A stretch of 64,000 nucleotides of DNA from Phycisphaerales bacterium (GTDB lineage Bacteria > Planctomycetota > Phycisphaerae > WQYP01), in contig WQYP01000004.1 of NCBI GenBank assembly GCA_009781185.1, positions 232 through 64,231 of the forward strand. The letters are read 5' to 3'. Made by a program: the position numbers and the translations under genes. This document shows positions 19,458 through 29,329 of this stretch, one piece after another (the first letter of the stretch is position 1; every line of letters begins with the position of its first letter). The notes below the pieces were generated by a model. The model had not been told where the DNA came from and did not search any database. It saw nothing but the letters and a program-made list of their open reading frames with translations.

Positions 19458-20069
19458 ATGCAACTAAAATTTCTTAAATCGTTTGGAATTACTCTTTCGG
19501 CAGCAATAATATTGTCAAGTATAGCAGTATTGGATATTCGAGGAGATGTATCGACTACTGATGTTGCGACTAATAAAGCATTGAAATCTATGGCTTTTAA
19601 TTTTTCTGTCAAAAAAGGGCAGTATTTTCTATGGGCATTCAGTACCACTGCTGAAAAAGTAATACGTCCTCTTGGAGCGGTTCACTGTTCAGAGGATTAT
19701 GAATTGGTTCTTACGGTATTTCCAACAGAGCAAAAACAAGACCAAACAGTCTGGCGACAAGAAATGAAGTTTCGGCAGGTTGGGAAGGATAATTGGGGTG
19801 GCATTCAAGTCCAAGACAGTATTGGAGAGAAACTTCAGATTGAGGATGCTCCAGCAATACTTGAAGATGTTTCAAAGATTGGGAGCCTTGCAGGTATTCA
19901 ACTGTGGCGAATTCCCTATGGGAAAGTGAATGGGGAAACCCGCTCTATCCTTCTGGCTATTGCAGATGATACGGATGTATTTGCGAAATTGTTTATGCTT
20001 CCCAAAACGCCTCAATATGAGAAGCATGATTGGAAAAAATCTTGGGCAGAATGGCCTAGGAGCAAATGA
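19458..20069 (+). CDS. hypothetical secreted protein (low-GC gene)
   Basis: Signal-peptide-like N-terminus. AT-rich DNA. Confidence 0.45.
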   Translation: MQLKFLKSFGITLSAAIILSSIAVLDIRGDVSTTDVATNKALKSMAFNFSVKKGQYFLWAFSTTAEKVIRPLGAVHCSEDYELVLTVFPTEQKQDQTVWRQEMKFRQVGKDNWGGIQVQDSIGEKLQIEDAPAILEDVSKIGSLAGIQLWRIPYGKVNGETRSILLAIADDTDVFAKLFMLPKTPQYEKHDWKKSWAEWPRSK

Positions 20070-20143
20070 CCAGAATATTTATTGTCGACTTGTTCTTGGC
20101 CAATGTTCCCTATTGTTTCAAACCGCTAATAAGGGCATAGGGT

Positions 20144-21943
20144 ATGCGTGCAATAGGTCAATTACATATTGGAATCGTTGTCGTTATCAGTTTGTGTAAT
20201 TTTTGCCGAGCTGATGGTGTTGTTGGAATTATTCTTGAAGACTTTTGGGGCAATAAGGTTGTCCGTAAGATTGCCGAGAGCCCTAAACTTGCTGATATTA
20301 AAACAATACCGGAACGAGACGAACGCGACTTGAGGCGATTCATAGAAGGTAATTGTTCTATCGTAACTCTGTCCACGTATCCTTCGGCGGACGAGAAAAA
20401 ATGGATATACGGTTTTCACGCCGACAAAATTAGTCAGACAGCCTACATGGTCGGTCAGGCCAAAGTGCTAGTCGTGACTAATATGAATAATCCACTCACT
20501 CGTATCGATTATGAGCAATTGCGGAAAATGCTCGGCAAAGCTGATGCAACCGCGACGCAATCTACTCTTAATGATCGTACTGTAACGGCCAACGTGTACG
20601 CCGAAGCCCCACGTTCACTCGCCATGTCGGTTGTCCGCTTCACCGCTATGCGAAAAATCATCGACAGCAACGAATGGAACTTCTTCCCCTTCGGTAATGT
20701 GTGGCAGCAATGCGCCAGTGGTGAGGACGTCATAGAGAAGGTCAAAGCCAATCGTGCCGGTATTGGATTTGTGCTTTTCAAGGACCGTCTGCCAACAGGT
20801 GTCAAAGTGTTGTCCGTAAGCAAGCGACCGGACGATCCAGCGATCAAGCCCAGCGATGCTCCGCTGATTCAAACTGATTATCCGTTGGCCCAGCCGTTGG
20901 TGCTTTATCTTCATCCCACCCAACCTGTAGCAGCCAAGCGGTTTTGCGAGTTCGCTGTAAGTCCGGAAGGTGCGGCCATCGCTGAGCAATTCAGTCTCAT
21001 CACGCCTTGGCGAGAAAATCAATACTACGGAGAGAAGCGTGTCGCTGAGATGAAGGCAGGCAAGGGGCCACGTATTTTTGTTCCGGGGGTGACAGGCGGG
21101 CGGGCGGTTTTGCAGGATGTGGCGGTAGATTTTGTTCGGGCGAAGGCACTCTTGCAAGTGACGTATCAACCCGGCGAGTCCGCCGCCGCCGTTGGCGGTT
21201 TTGTCAACGCCGGTAGTCCGCAGCGAGAATTGCTGTTGCTTGACGGGCGTCCGAATGAGCAGACGTTGCGGCAGTACGGCACGAAATGGAACGACCTTCA
21301 GCCTGTCGAATCGATGCCCGCAGCGGCTGCGGTGGCTGTCGTGGTGAACCCCGCCAATAAAATCGCGTCCCTGAGTATTGACCAGTTGCAATCGATCCTC
21401 ACCGGCAAGACCGGCGACTGGAAACTTCTCGGCTCCACCGCTCGTAGCGGCGACATTCACGTCTTCGGCCTCCCCGGCGACACGACCACCAGCAAGATTA
21501 TTTCCAAGGAACTCCTTCCCATCACGCAGGCTTCCAAACTGAAAACTCGCAAGGACATTGCCGAGGTGCTCAGTGCCGTTTCGCTTGATCCGCAGGCGAT
21601 TGGCTTCGTCGATCTGGCTGCGATTCCGGCAGGCCAAAACGTCAAAATCCTCCCCATCGGCCCGGCGATCAAGCCTGCCGACCCCACGCCGGCTAATATC
21701 AAGTCCGGCATGTATCCGCTGGCCCAGCGGATGTTCCTCTATGTGCATCCCAAGGCCAGCGATACCGCAAAGGATTTCGCCAAGTTCCTCACCTCCGGCG
21801 AATGCGATGAGACCTTCCGCAAGAACGGTTTGATTCCGTTGTCCGACCAGGCCATCGCTGGTATCGTCCTCCCCTCCAAGTCTACCACGCAGCCCGCAAC
21901 ACAACCCGCAGCATTGATCGACAAATCCCGCCCGCCGAAGTAA
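20144..21943 (+). CDS. secreted protein with two PstS-like (PBP-like_2) substrate-binding domains
   Basis: Signature LQSILTGKTGDWKLLG ... GMYPLAQRMFLYVHP, repeated twice within the protein. Confidence 0.6.
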   Translation: MRAIGQLHIGIVVVISLCNFCRADGVVGIILEDFWGNKVVRKIAESPKLADIKTIPERDERDLRRFIEGNCSIVTLSTYPSADEKKWIYGFHADKISQTAYMVGQAKVLVVTNMNNPLTRIDYEQLRKMLGKADATATQSTLNDRTVTANVYAEAPRSLAMSVVRFTAMRKIIDSNEWNFFPFGNVWQQCASGEDVIEKVKANRAGIGFVLFKDRLPTGVKVLSVSKRPDDPAIKPSDAPLIQTDYPLAQPLVLYLHPTQPVAAKRFCEFAVSPEGAAIAEQFSLITPWRENQYYGEKRVAEMKAGKGPRIFVPGVTGGRAVLQDVAVDFVRAKALLQVTYQPGESAAAVGGFVNAGSPQRELLLLDGRPNEQTLRQYGTKWNDLQPVESMPAAAAVAVVVNPANKIASLSIDQLQSILTGKTGDWKLLGSTARSGDIHVFGLPGDTTTSKIISKELLPITQASKLKTRKDIAEVLSAVSLDPQAIGFVDLAAIPAGQNVKILPIGPAIKPADPTPANIKSGMYPLAQRMFLYVHPKASDTAKDFAKFLTSGECDETFRKNGLIPLSDQAIAGIVLPSKSTTQPATQPAALIDKSRPPK

Positions 21944-21991
21944 GCTGCTGGTGATTCCCCCTCCTTTGATTGCGGGATGGAGTAATGAACA

Positions 21992-24598
21992 ATGAACCCT
22001 CTCGCCAACCCTTACGCCGTCGCAAGAAATCCGCGATCTTCACATCGAACTGTGCATTTGTTTTCACGTCCAAGGTATGTTGCGATCCGAACGTTCTGCA
22101 TCATGCTAGCAGCCTCCATCGCATGTCCCGCCCTCGCCCAAACGACCACTGCTCCGACTGATGTAGCGAGCAAGCCTATGCGAGCGATTGGTCCGCTGGC
22201 GACGAAGGAAATGCTCGAAACCCTCGCCACCGAATATAGCAAGGTCAACGGCACCAAGCTCGATTACCGGCGTATGGATTCCGCCACCAACAGTGCCTCC
22301 GGCCTGCTCAGCGGCCAGGAACTGGCGCTGTGCTTCGGCCAAGTCAACGATTATTCCCTCGGCGCAAACAAGGCCCGCTGGAACGCCCTTCGCCCCGAAA
22401 TGCACATCCTGGGCGCTCGCTGCATCGCGATGGTCGTGCATCCGCGCAACCCCATCGAATCGCTCTCGTTCGACCAGCTCCAGGCGATCTACTCCGGCAA
22501 GATCAACAACTGGAAAGCCCTCGGCGGCGAAGACAAGCCTATCCGCCTCTATGGTTTGGAACTGAGTGATCCGCTGACCAAACTTTTCCGCGACAAAACG
22601 CGTATTACAACAAATAATGTTCCATACACTCGCAAGAAGGATTCCGACGCGATTGCCCAGTCGCTCGCCACCGATCCGCAGGGCATCGGCTTCATGGATG
22701 TCGTGATCGCTTCAACGCAGGGGCAGACTCTCCGCATGGTGCCTATTTCCGGCGGTAATGCGGGTGGAGGAGGGAACGGCGATGCCGTGTGGCCGAACGC
22801 GCAAACGATCCGTGACGGAAGCTATCGTTTGCAGGAGCCGTTGGTTCTATATATTTCGCCCAATGCTTCGGAGAATGCCAAGGCGTTTGCAAAGTTTGTG
22901 ATTTCCGATCAAGCGGATGCGATTTGCCGAAAGTATGGTTTTCTGCCGGCAATTCAGCCGATGACTGATCAGGCGGCGATGCTCTTCGAGCGTTTGTACG
23001 GCGCGGACATCAAGCGAGCCACCGCTTCAGAACGCCCCGATGACGCCATCGCCCTTGCTTCGCAGATTCTCGCTTCGGTTCGCACGACCCGGCTCGATCC
23101 GGCCATGATAAGCGTGATGTGCGAGACGGCCTACACGCTCGCGGGAAAATCTTTCACCGGGCGATTCGTGGCGCTGGAGGCGGTGGAATTGCTGTGGCGG
23201 AAGGTGCCAGAGAAGCGTTTTGATGCCGCCGTGAAGTGGGCGGCGCTTTATGAACGAGCATACAACGCTGATGAAACTCGTTTGAACGCAGAGCATGCAG
23301 TCGTGGTGCTGATGCTCGCCGCCGACATCGGCACTTCGAGTGGCCAATATGTTGAGAGCGAAAAACTTTGGAAAAAAGCGGAAGACCTCGCGAAGAAATT
23401 CAAAATATCTCAGACAGAAAACCTCGCTGCTCGAATGCCTGCTTTCATCGCCCGCACCAAGTCCGTCGCCCAGCGTGATTCTATACTTTCAAAGTATCAA
23501 ACCGACCCGAGCAACATGGACCTTCGCCGCCAACTTCTATCTATAGAATTGATCGAACTCGATGCCCCATCCAAAGCGGCCACTTACCTCGACAGCGCTA
23601 GCGATGAAATGTTGAAAACCAATTTGCCGCTGGCATCGATGAAGGTTTCTGAGGTGGCCGAAGACACTGCGGCGCGTTTGGGCGAGTGGTATTTGGGCCT
23701 TGCCGAGCAGGCCGGTTTGGGCGGACGAGAACTCTGCCTAAAGCGAGCAAGATCGTACTATCTGCGATTCTTCGAGCTACACAAAAGTCGCACGGACACC
23801 GCCGCGATCCGCTGTGAATTGGGCTTGAAAAAAGCCGGCGGCACCATGCCTCCTGATTCTACCGCCGCGTCAACCAACAAACTTCCCACCTCCGCCTCGG
23901 ACACCCCCGATTTTCCCCCACTTTTCCGCATCCGCCAACCCAATAGCGAACCAGCTATCACCGACCTGCGTTTGGCCGAATGGGTTTTGGCCGATCCGAC
24001 GATGGCAGATTTATCCAAGGAAAAACTCGGCAACCCGCAATATCTCACCGACCTCAGTCCCCTGTCTCGACTCAAGAAACTGCAATACCTCAATCTCAAC
24101 GGCGGCTCGCAAGTCCACGACATCACCCTCCTGAACCAATTCCCGGAACTCACCCTCCTGGGCCTTCGCAACACTCCGCAGGAAAGCCTCGCCCCCATCG
24201 CCAACCTCAGCAAACTCTATTTGCTGGACCTTGGCGGCTCGCCCAAGCTCAAAGACATCACGCCGGTTTCGGGCCTCTCGCATCTTCATGATCTGACGTT
24301 CATCGATTGCCCAAACCTCACGGACCTTCGCCCCTTGAGCAAATTAATCAACTTGCCAAACTTGATCCTCGCCCAATGCGACAATTTGGAAGATATTTCT
24401 CCCCTTGGCAAAATGACGAACCTTTGCATCCTGAATCTCAGCGGCTGCAAGAAGATCGCGTCCCTCAAACCTTTATATACTTTAGCCAGACTCCAAACCC
24501 TCGACCTGCGTGGCTGTGACAACCTGCCCGCATCCGAAATAGACGCCTTGGCCGCCCAGTTACCAAGCTGCCAAATCACCCGCCCCAAGTCGCCATAA
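21992..24598 (+). CDS. PstS-like substrate-binding domain protein fused to C-terminal leucine-rich-repeat domain
   Basis: LQAIYSGKINNWKALGGEDKPIRLYG and GSYRLQEPLVLYISP (PstS-like). C-terminus has LxxLxLxxN repeats (LKKLQYLNLNG, LTLLGLRN, LYLLDLGG, LPNLILAQC, LCILNLSGC). True start may be an internal Met. Confidence 0.6.
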   Translation: MNPLANPYAVARNPRSSHRTVHLFSRPRYVAIRTFCIMLAASIACPALAQTTTAPTDVASKPMRAIGPLATKEMLETLATEYSKVNGTKLDYRRMDSATNSASGLLSGQELALCFGQVNDYSLGANKARWNALRPEMHILGARCIAMVVHPRNPIESLSFDQLQAIYSGKINNWKALGGEDKPIRLYGLELSDPLTKLFRDKTRITTNNVPYTRKKDSDAIAQSLATDPQGIGFMDVVIASTQGQTLRMVPISGGNAGGGGNGDAVWPNAQTIRDGSYRLQEPLVLYISPNASENAKAFAKFVISDQADAICRKYGFLPAIQPMTDQAAMLFERLYGADIKRATASERPDDAIALASQILASVRTTRLDPAMISVMCETAYTLAGKSFTGRFVALEAVELLWRKVPEKRFDAAVKWAALYERAYNADETRLNAEHAVVVLMLAADIGTSSGQYVESEKLWKKAEDLAKKFKISQTENLAARMPAFIARTKSVAQRDSILSKYQTDPSNMDLRRQLLSIELIELDAPSKAATYLDSASDEMLKTNLPLASMKVSEVAEDTAARLGEWYLGLAEQAGLGGRELCLKRARSYYLRFFELHKSRTDTAAIRCELGLKKAGGTMPPDSTAASTNKLPTSASDTPDFPPLFRIRQPNSEPAITDLRLAEWVLADPTMADLSKEKLGNPQYLTDLSPLSRLKKLQYLNLNGGSQVHDITLLNQFPELTLLGLRNTPQESLAPIANLSKLYLLDLGGSPKLKDITPVSGLSHLHDLTFIDCPNLTDLRPLSKLINLPNLILAQCDNLEDISPLGKMTNLCILNLSGCKKIASLKPLYTLARLQTLDLRGCDNLPASEIDALAAQLPSCQITRPKSP

Positions 24599-24762
24599 GA
24601 ACGTATGGCTCATGCCCTCCGTCGTCGCCTTTGACCACCACCAGAAGAGACTTGCGAGCATCAATCGAATCGGTAAAATTCAGCGATCCAAACCAAGGAA
24701 GGCTGCCGATAGTATGCAACACCGGTGTGGAACGCCCGCTCGTTGCACCTGATGGTTTTGTC

Positions 24763-25422
24763 ATGCTCGTACTAAATGACATCTATAAATCCTTCGGCGA
24801 CGCCCAAGTCCTCAGCGGCGTCAACCTCCGCTTGGAAAACGGAGCCGTCTACACGCTCAAGGGCGGCAACGGGTCGGGCAAAACCACGCTGATTAACGTG
24901 ATTTCCGGCTTCCTCGCGCCGAGCCGAGGGAGCGTTGAGTTCAAGGGGAAGAAGATCGCGAAGTTCGCGCCCTATCGCGTCAATCGCCTCGGCATCGGAC
25001 GAACCTTCCAGGATTTGCGACTCGCCACGCAAATGACGACCTACGAAAATATCCTGCTCGCCATGCAAACCGGACTCTTCGCCTATCCATCGAAGGAGCA
25101 AAAAAAGCGAGCCGACGAAATCCTCGAAACAGTCTCTCTGCTGGCGAAGCGGGACGAACTCGCAGGCGAGATTTCCTACGGCCAGCAAAAGCTCCTCACC
25201 CTCGGCTGCTGCATCGCCAACAACGCCGACTTCCTGCTACTCGACGAACCCGTCGCCGGCATCGACAAAGACAACCTGCTGAAAATCACGGGCTTGGTCA
25301 AACAGCTCAAGCACGCCGGAAAAACCATCCTGCAAATTGAGCACAACACCGCCTACATCGACGCCACCAGCGATCAGACTTTCCGGATCGAAAAGGGCGT
25401 GATCGGGGGGAACGCATGTTGA
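24763..25422 (+). CDS. livG: branched-chain amino acid ABC transporter ATP-binding protein (LivG-like)
   Basis: Walker A GGNGSGKTT, Q-loop and signature SYGQQKLL. ATG at 24763 within ORF 24631..25422. Confidence 0.8.
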   Translation: MLVLNDIYKSFGDAQVLSGVNLRLENGAVYTLKGGNGSGKTTLINVISGFLAPSRGSVEFKGKKIAKFAPYRVNRLGIGRTFQDLRLATQMTTYENILLAMQTGLFAYPSKEQKKRADEILETVSLLAKRDELAGEISYGQQKLLTLGCCIANNADFLLLDEPVAGIDKDNLLKITGLVKQLKHAGKTILQIEHNTAYIDATSDQTFRIEKGVIGGNAC

Positions 25423-26063
25423 AGGTTTCGCACATCACGAGCGGGTATGGGAAGAAGCAGGTTTTGAGCGATGTGTCGTTCGAGGTCGCGGGTGGAGATA
25501 TCGTGCTGTTGACAGGTGGCAATGGCTCGGGTAAGAGTACGATTCTGAAAACGATTTTCGGTTTGCTGAAACCCTGGACGCAAGAGGGCAAGATCATCTT
25601 CGACGACCACGACATCACCGCCACCCCCGTCTCGGCGAGAATCCGCCGCGGCATCGTCTATATGCCGCAGAAGAGGAACGTGTTCGACGATTTCACGGTG
25701 GAAGAAAACCTGCTGACCTCGGCGGCGCGGTATCCGAAGGCGGAGTCGCGGGAGCGGGCAGAGCGGGTGTATGGGATGCTGCCGCTGTTGGGGCGGATGC
25801 GGAAACGGACGCCGTTCCACATGAGCGGCGGCGAGCGGCAGGTGCTGGCGTTCGGCAACGCCGTGGTCCATTCGCCGAAACTGTTTCTGCTCGACGAACC
25901 CTTCGCGGGTGCGGATGCGGCAAATACGGAAGTCCTTCGGAATTGCATAGATGATTTGAACGAAAAAGGAGCGGCCTTTATCGTCGTCGAACACAAGCGG
26001 CAATTGATTGACGGTGTTGCCAATAAGGTGATTGAATTGGAATTAGGGGGCATAAAAAGATGA
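25416..26063 (+). CDS. livF: branched-chain amino acid ABC transporter ATP-binding protein (LivF-like)
   Basis: Walker A GGNGSGKST and signature SGGERQVL. Overlaps the neighbouring genes. Confidence 0.8.
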   Translation: MLKVSHITSGYGKKQVLSDVSFEVAGGDIVLLTGGNGSGKSTILKTIFGLLKPWTQEGKIIFDDHDITATPVSARIRRGIVYMPQKRNVFDDFTVEENLLTSAARYPKAESRERAERVYGMLPLLGRMRKRTPFHMSGGERQVLAFGNAVVHSPKLFLLDEPFAGADAANTEVLRNCIDDLNEKGAAFIVVEHKRQLIDGVANKVIELELGGIKR

Positions 26064-27172
26064 CAAAGAAAATCCTCTTTACAATTGGAGTGGTTGCAGC
26101 AGTTGCAATTGGAGTGTTTGTTTATCTGAATAAAACGGATAAAACAACGGAAACAGTCAAAATAGGGGCAGTATTGCCTCTCACCGGCAATCTCGCTTTT
26201 CTCGGTGAAACAGGAAAGAATGGATTAACTCTAGCAGAAAACTATATCAATACAAATCACCTTTTGAATAACGGACAACAGGTGAAGTTTGTACTTAGCG
26301 ACGGTGCCGGCGTCCCCAAAACCTCCATTAACGCCTTAAATCACTTGTTGGACGCAGAGCAAGTGAAAATGGTTTTTTCCATCGTTTCCTCCGTGGATGT
26401 CTCGTTTATCCCGATACAAAAAGACAGAAACTTTTTATTCGTATCACACGCCACACACCCTGCCTTGTCTGGCGTTGGTCCTTTATTTTTTCGGCATTCG
26501 CCCACCGTGGAGCAAGAGGCAAATCTTCTAAAGCAGCATATTGGCAATGATGCTCCTTCGATAGTTCTACTCAACATGTCGGATGATTATGGCGTAGCAT
26601 TTGCCAAGATCGCAACACAAGAAGAATTTATCCTGCCAGCCAACATTTTTACTTTTAACCCAACAGAGCAGGATTTCAGGACAATTTGCACAAGAGCGAT
26701 CCAGTCTAACCCTAACAAAGTCGTGATATGTGGTAATGGCAAGGATTTGTACAGGATCGTTATTGCTCTCCGTCAACTCGGGTATAAAAATGAGATCATC
26801 GCTACTCTTGGATTTAAAGTAGGAGGGGCGTTTGAACAAGTGAAAGACTCGGCAATTTTTACGTATGTTGATTTTAAAAAGCCAGTAATCGACAGCAAGT
26901 ATTCTGGTGTCTTGAAGGAATATTATAATCAGTATCATAAAGAAATGAATGTCAACGAAATGATATTTTTCAATTCCGCACTGCTGCTTGTGGAGGCAAT
27001 CAATCGCTCTACGGACAAAAACGATGTTAGTGAGATTGCGAAAAAACTGTCGGATATGGGGCCCTTTAGCGGGCTAGGCGAAAACATGGCTATTTCAGCA
27101 ATGCACGATATTTTACCTGAGTTGGAGATATTGACGAATAATAATGATAACGCAACAAGAAATAATCAATAG
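26060..27172 (+). CDS. ABC transporter periplasmic substrate-binding protein, type I PBP (LivK-like), low-GC
   Basis: Signal anchor, then IGAVLPLTGNLAFLGETGKNG typical of Leu/Ile/Val-binding-family SBPs. AT-rich coding DNA. Confidence 0.7.
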   Translation: MTKKILFTIGVVAAVAIGVFVYLNKTDKTTETVKIGAVLPLTGNLAFLGETGKNGLTLAENYINTNHLLNNGQQVKFVLSDGAGVPKTSINALNHLLDAEQVKMVFSIVSSVDVSFIPIQKDRNFLFVSHATHPALSGVGPLFFRHSPTVEQEANLLKQHIGNDAPSIVLLNMSDDYGVAFAKIATQEEFILPANIFTFNPTEQDFRTICTRAIQSNPNKVVICGNGKDLYRIVIALRQLGYKNEIIATLGFKVGGAFEQVKDSAIFTYVDFKKPVIDSKYSGVLKEYYNQYHKEMNVNEMIFFNSALLLVEAINRSTDKNDVSEIAKKLSDMGPFSGLGENMAISAMHDILPELEILTNNNDNATRNNQ

Positions 27173-28172
27173 ATTTTTCTCTTTCACTTCAAAAAGAGGA
27201 TACTGTAAAAAAGAGCGAAGCAATCTGGTTTCGCCTTATTTTGACAACGAATTTAATCTGAGTGCAGGGCACCAATATGTTCTTCCCATATTGAAAAATC
27301 CTGAAAAAGAGGAATTGGTCAAAATCGCGATCAACGAAATTTGCATCCGGCGAATTGATTTGGAAAAATTGGGGGCTAGCGCATGCCACTTGCTGACGTT
27401 TGAGATGGGCGTCATGGGAATATTTGGTTATATTGACGACCTTAAGCCAACTCTCTCGACCCTGTTGCAGGACATGCTGGACCTTTTGGTGTTCTTTGGC
27501 TTTAGCATGGATGATATTTATTTTTCCGTGTGCGATGGCGTAACGGTACTACATAAAAAATATCCGGCAGATACATTGTCTTACGAACTTTTGCTTGAGA
27601 AAGGCGTGAAGGACTCCCACTTAGTTAAAACAAAAGGGAGACAAAATTTTATTTTTAGCAATGGTGAAGAAAGGCCCGCTGGCAATAGCATTGAGATATA
27701 CTACAAAAGGAATTCCACTTATACCGAAATTGCCTCGGTCAATGTCTATAAATATCTTTTTTCTGACGGGAAATTACATCCGATGACGAATCAGGCCATC
27801 GGTGGCGGTTTCGGATTTGACCGTATTCCTTACTTGTTAAATGGATGTAATTCAGTTTTTGACATTCCACCTTTCAGCACATTTGCAGAAAGAATTGCTT
27901 CTTGCTTTGCGAGTGAAATCGAGTTTGAACTTAACAGAGATAAGATTTATCGAATGATCGAATTGATAAAAACCTTGCTTTTCATCGAAAACGATGGGCA
28001 ATTACCAGATAGTACGCCGCATGGGAAAATCATGAAGGGATTTCTCAACAAACTCAATTCTGAAATCGGATATTTGGGGCTGGAACAAAAAAAAATCTTT
28101 GATCTAGGGGTTTCATCTGTAAGAGAGCATTATTCAACGAGGTATTTGCTAGAGAAAAGGGCCAGCCTGTGA
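27144..28172 (+). CDS. stand-alone class II aminoacyl-tRNA-synthetase catalytic-core-like protein, alanyl-tRNA synthetase-like
   Basis: AlaRS N-terminal-like IINRFFSFTSKRGYCKKERSNLVSPYFDNEFNLSAGHQY (compare R.FL.FF...GH....SSLVP.DPTLLFTNAGM). Motif-3-like GGGFGFDRIPYLLNGCNSVFDIPPF (compare GMGLERL..VLQ...NYEID.F). Only ~342 aa, with no tRNA-binding, editing or C-Ala domains. Confidence 0.55.
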   Translation: MITQQEIINRFFSFTSKRGYCKKERSNLVSPYFDNEFNLSAGHQYVLPILKNPEKEELVKIAINEICIRRIDLEKLGASACHLLTFEMGVMGIFGYIDDLKPTLSTLLQDMLDLLVFFGFSMDDIYFSVCDGVTVLHKKYPADTLSYELLLEKGVKDSHLVKTKGRQNFIFSNGEERPAGNSIEIYYKRNSTYTEIASVNVYKYLFSDGKLHPMTNQAIGGGFGFDRIPYLLNGCNSVFDIPPFSTFAERIASCFASEIEFELNRDKIYRMIELIKTLLFIENDGQLPDSTPHGKIMKGFLNKLNSEIGYLGLEQKKIFDLGVSSVREHYSTRYLLEKRASL

Positions 28173-29314
28173 TAAACGCAAAGAAATGGAAGGAATGTCG
28201 GAAAGAGATTAAATTAAAAATCTCGTTGATTATATTAACTTTTATTATGTTAGTACTATGGCTGTTCATGGGAAAGAAGCTAATTCCTAACAATTTTATA
28301 TACTCTTTAATCATCCTTAGTTTTTTCTTGACTCTCATAGTTGAATACTGTAGTTGGCAGATTGCCACACATAGTATCGAACTTTTTCTAACTAAAGGCA
28401 ACGGGGGGAAAACTTTCTTACTGCTTATTGTTTGTATAGGTATTGCTGTTCTTATTGCTATTCTTACTGCTGCTTGTGCGGAATTGCATTTTCTTGACGA
28501 TTTCATTCAAAACTACAAACGCATTGACATATCGTTAAGCGTTGGTGGCTTACTATTAACTTTTCTTGGAATTATTATTTCAGTAATAGTCTTAATGAAA
28601 ATCAATGAAAGAAAAACCATTAAAATTGAAGAATGGATTGTAAGAACAACAGAAATAATCGATAAGGCAAAAAAGGATAATGAGGTATATATCATTGCTC
28701 CTACCCATTGCGCCGGACTGTCAAGACCAGATACACAGCCTCTGCTAGACAACCTATTTAACGTAATTGAAAATAGAAAGGATGTAAAATTTACATTCGC
28801 ATTTTTAGAAAACTTTTTTGACCGAGTATTGAGCCAAGAGCAAGCAGCGCTAACTTTGATAACAGAACGTCACTTAGATGAGATTGATGAGCCTCATTGG
28901 AGGATGTTCAAAGAATTCTGGAGAAACGAGTATAATAATATTGAGTATTCTGACAGTCTCATGAAAGATGCAGAACAAAAGGCGTTCGTAAAAAAGAAAT
29001 ATCTCCAATTGGCAGGTTACTATTCCAGGATAAAGAAAGTTGTAGAATCAACACAAAAACCGATAAGAATGTTAAAGCTAATCGCGAATAGCAGTAGTGA
29101 AACAGAAGCCCCAAACGGCTATCTTACACTAGATGGTCGTTCTTTTTCTGGTTTTTTTGTTGTCGCAAATATTTCGCTAGGAAAATATTACTTGGGTACA
29201 TTTAATCATAATGGAGTTGAAACAACTTTTAAAGGAACAGATTTTGACAATGATAACATAAAAGCTGAAATGCAAGGTTTCTTTGAGGGTTATCTTCAGA
29301 AATGTTGTGCGTAA
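28169..29314 (+). CDS. hypothetical membrane protein: 4 N-terminal TM helices + ~230-aa soluble domain
   Basis: GTG start overlapping the upstream stop (translational coupling). Hydrophobic helices in the first ~150 aa. Confidence 0.5.
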   Translation: MINAKKWKECRKEIKLKISLIILTFIMLVLWLFMGKKLIPNNFIYSLIILSFFLTLIVEYCSWQIATHSIELFLTKGNGGKTFLLLIVCIGIAVLIAILTAACAELHFLDDFIQNYKRIDISLSVGGLLLTFLGIIISVIVLMKINERKTIKIEEWIVRTTEIIDKAKKDNEVYIIAPTHCAGLSRPDTQPLLDNLFNVIENRKDVKFTFAFLENFFDRVLSQEQAALTLITERHLDEIDEPHWRMFKEFWRNEYNNIEYSDSLMKDAEQKAFVKKKYLQLAGYYSRIKKVVESTQKPIRMLKLIANSSSETEAPNGYLTLDGRSFSGFFVVANISLGKYYLGTFNHNGVETTFKGTDFDNDNIKAEMQGFFEGYLQKCCA

Positions 29315-29329
29315 GTATTTCGTGCTAAA

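Noticed and set aside
20615-21904. 429-aa minus-strand ORF antisense to the PstS-like gene
   Set aside because: No motifs and Arg/Gly-rich. The plus-strand gene has recognisable PBP-like signatures.
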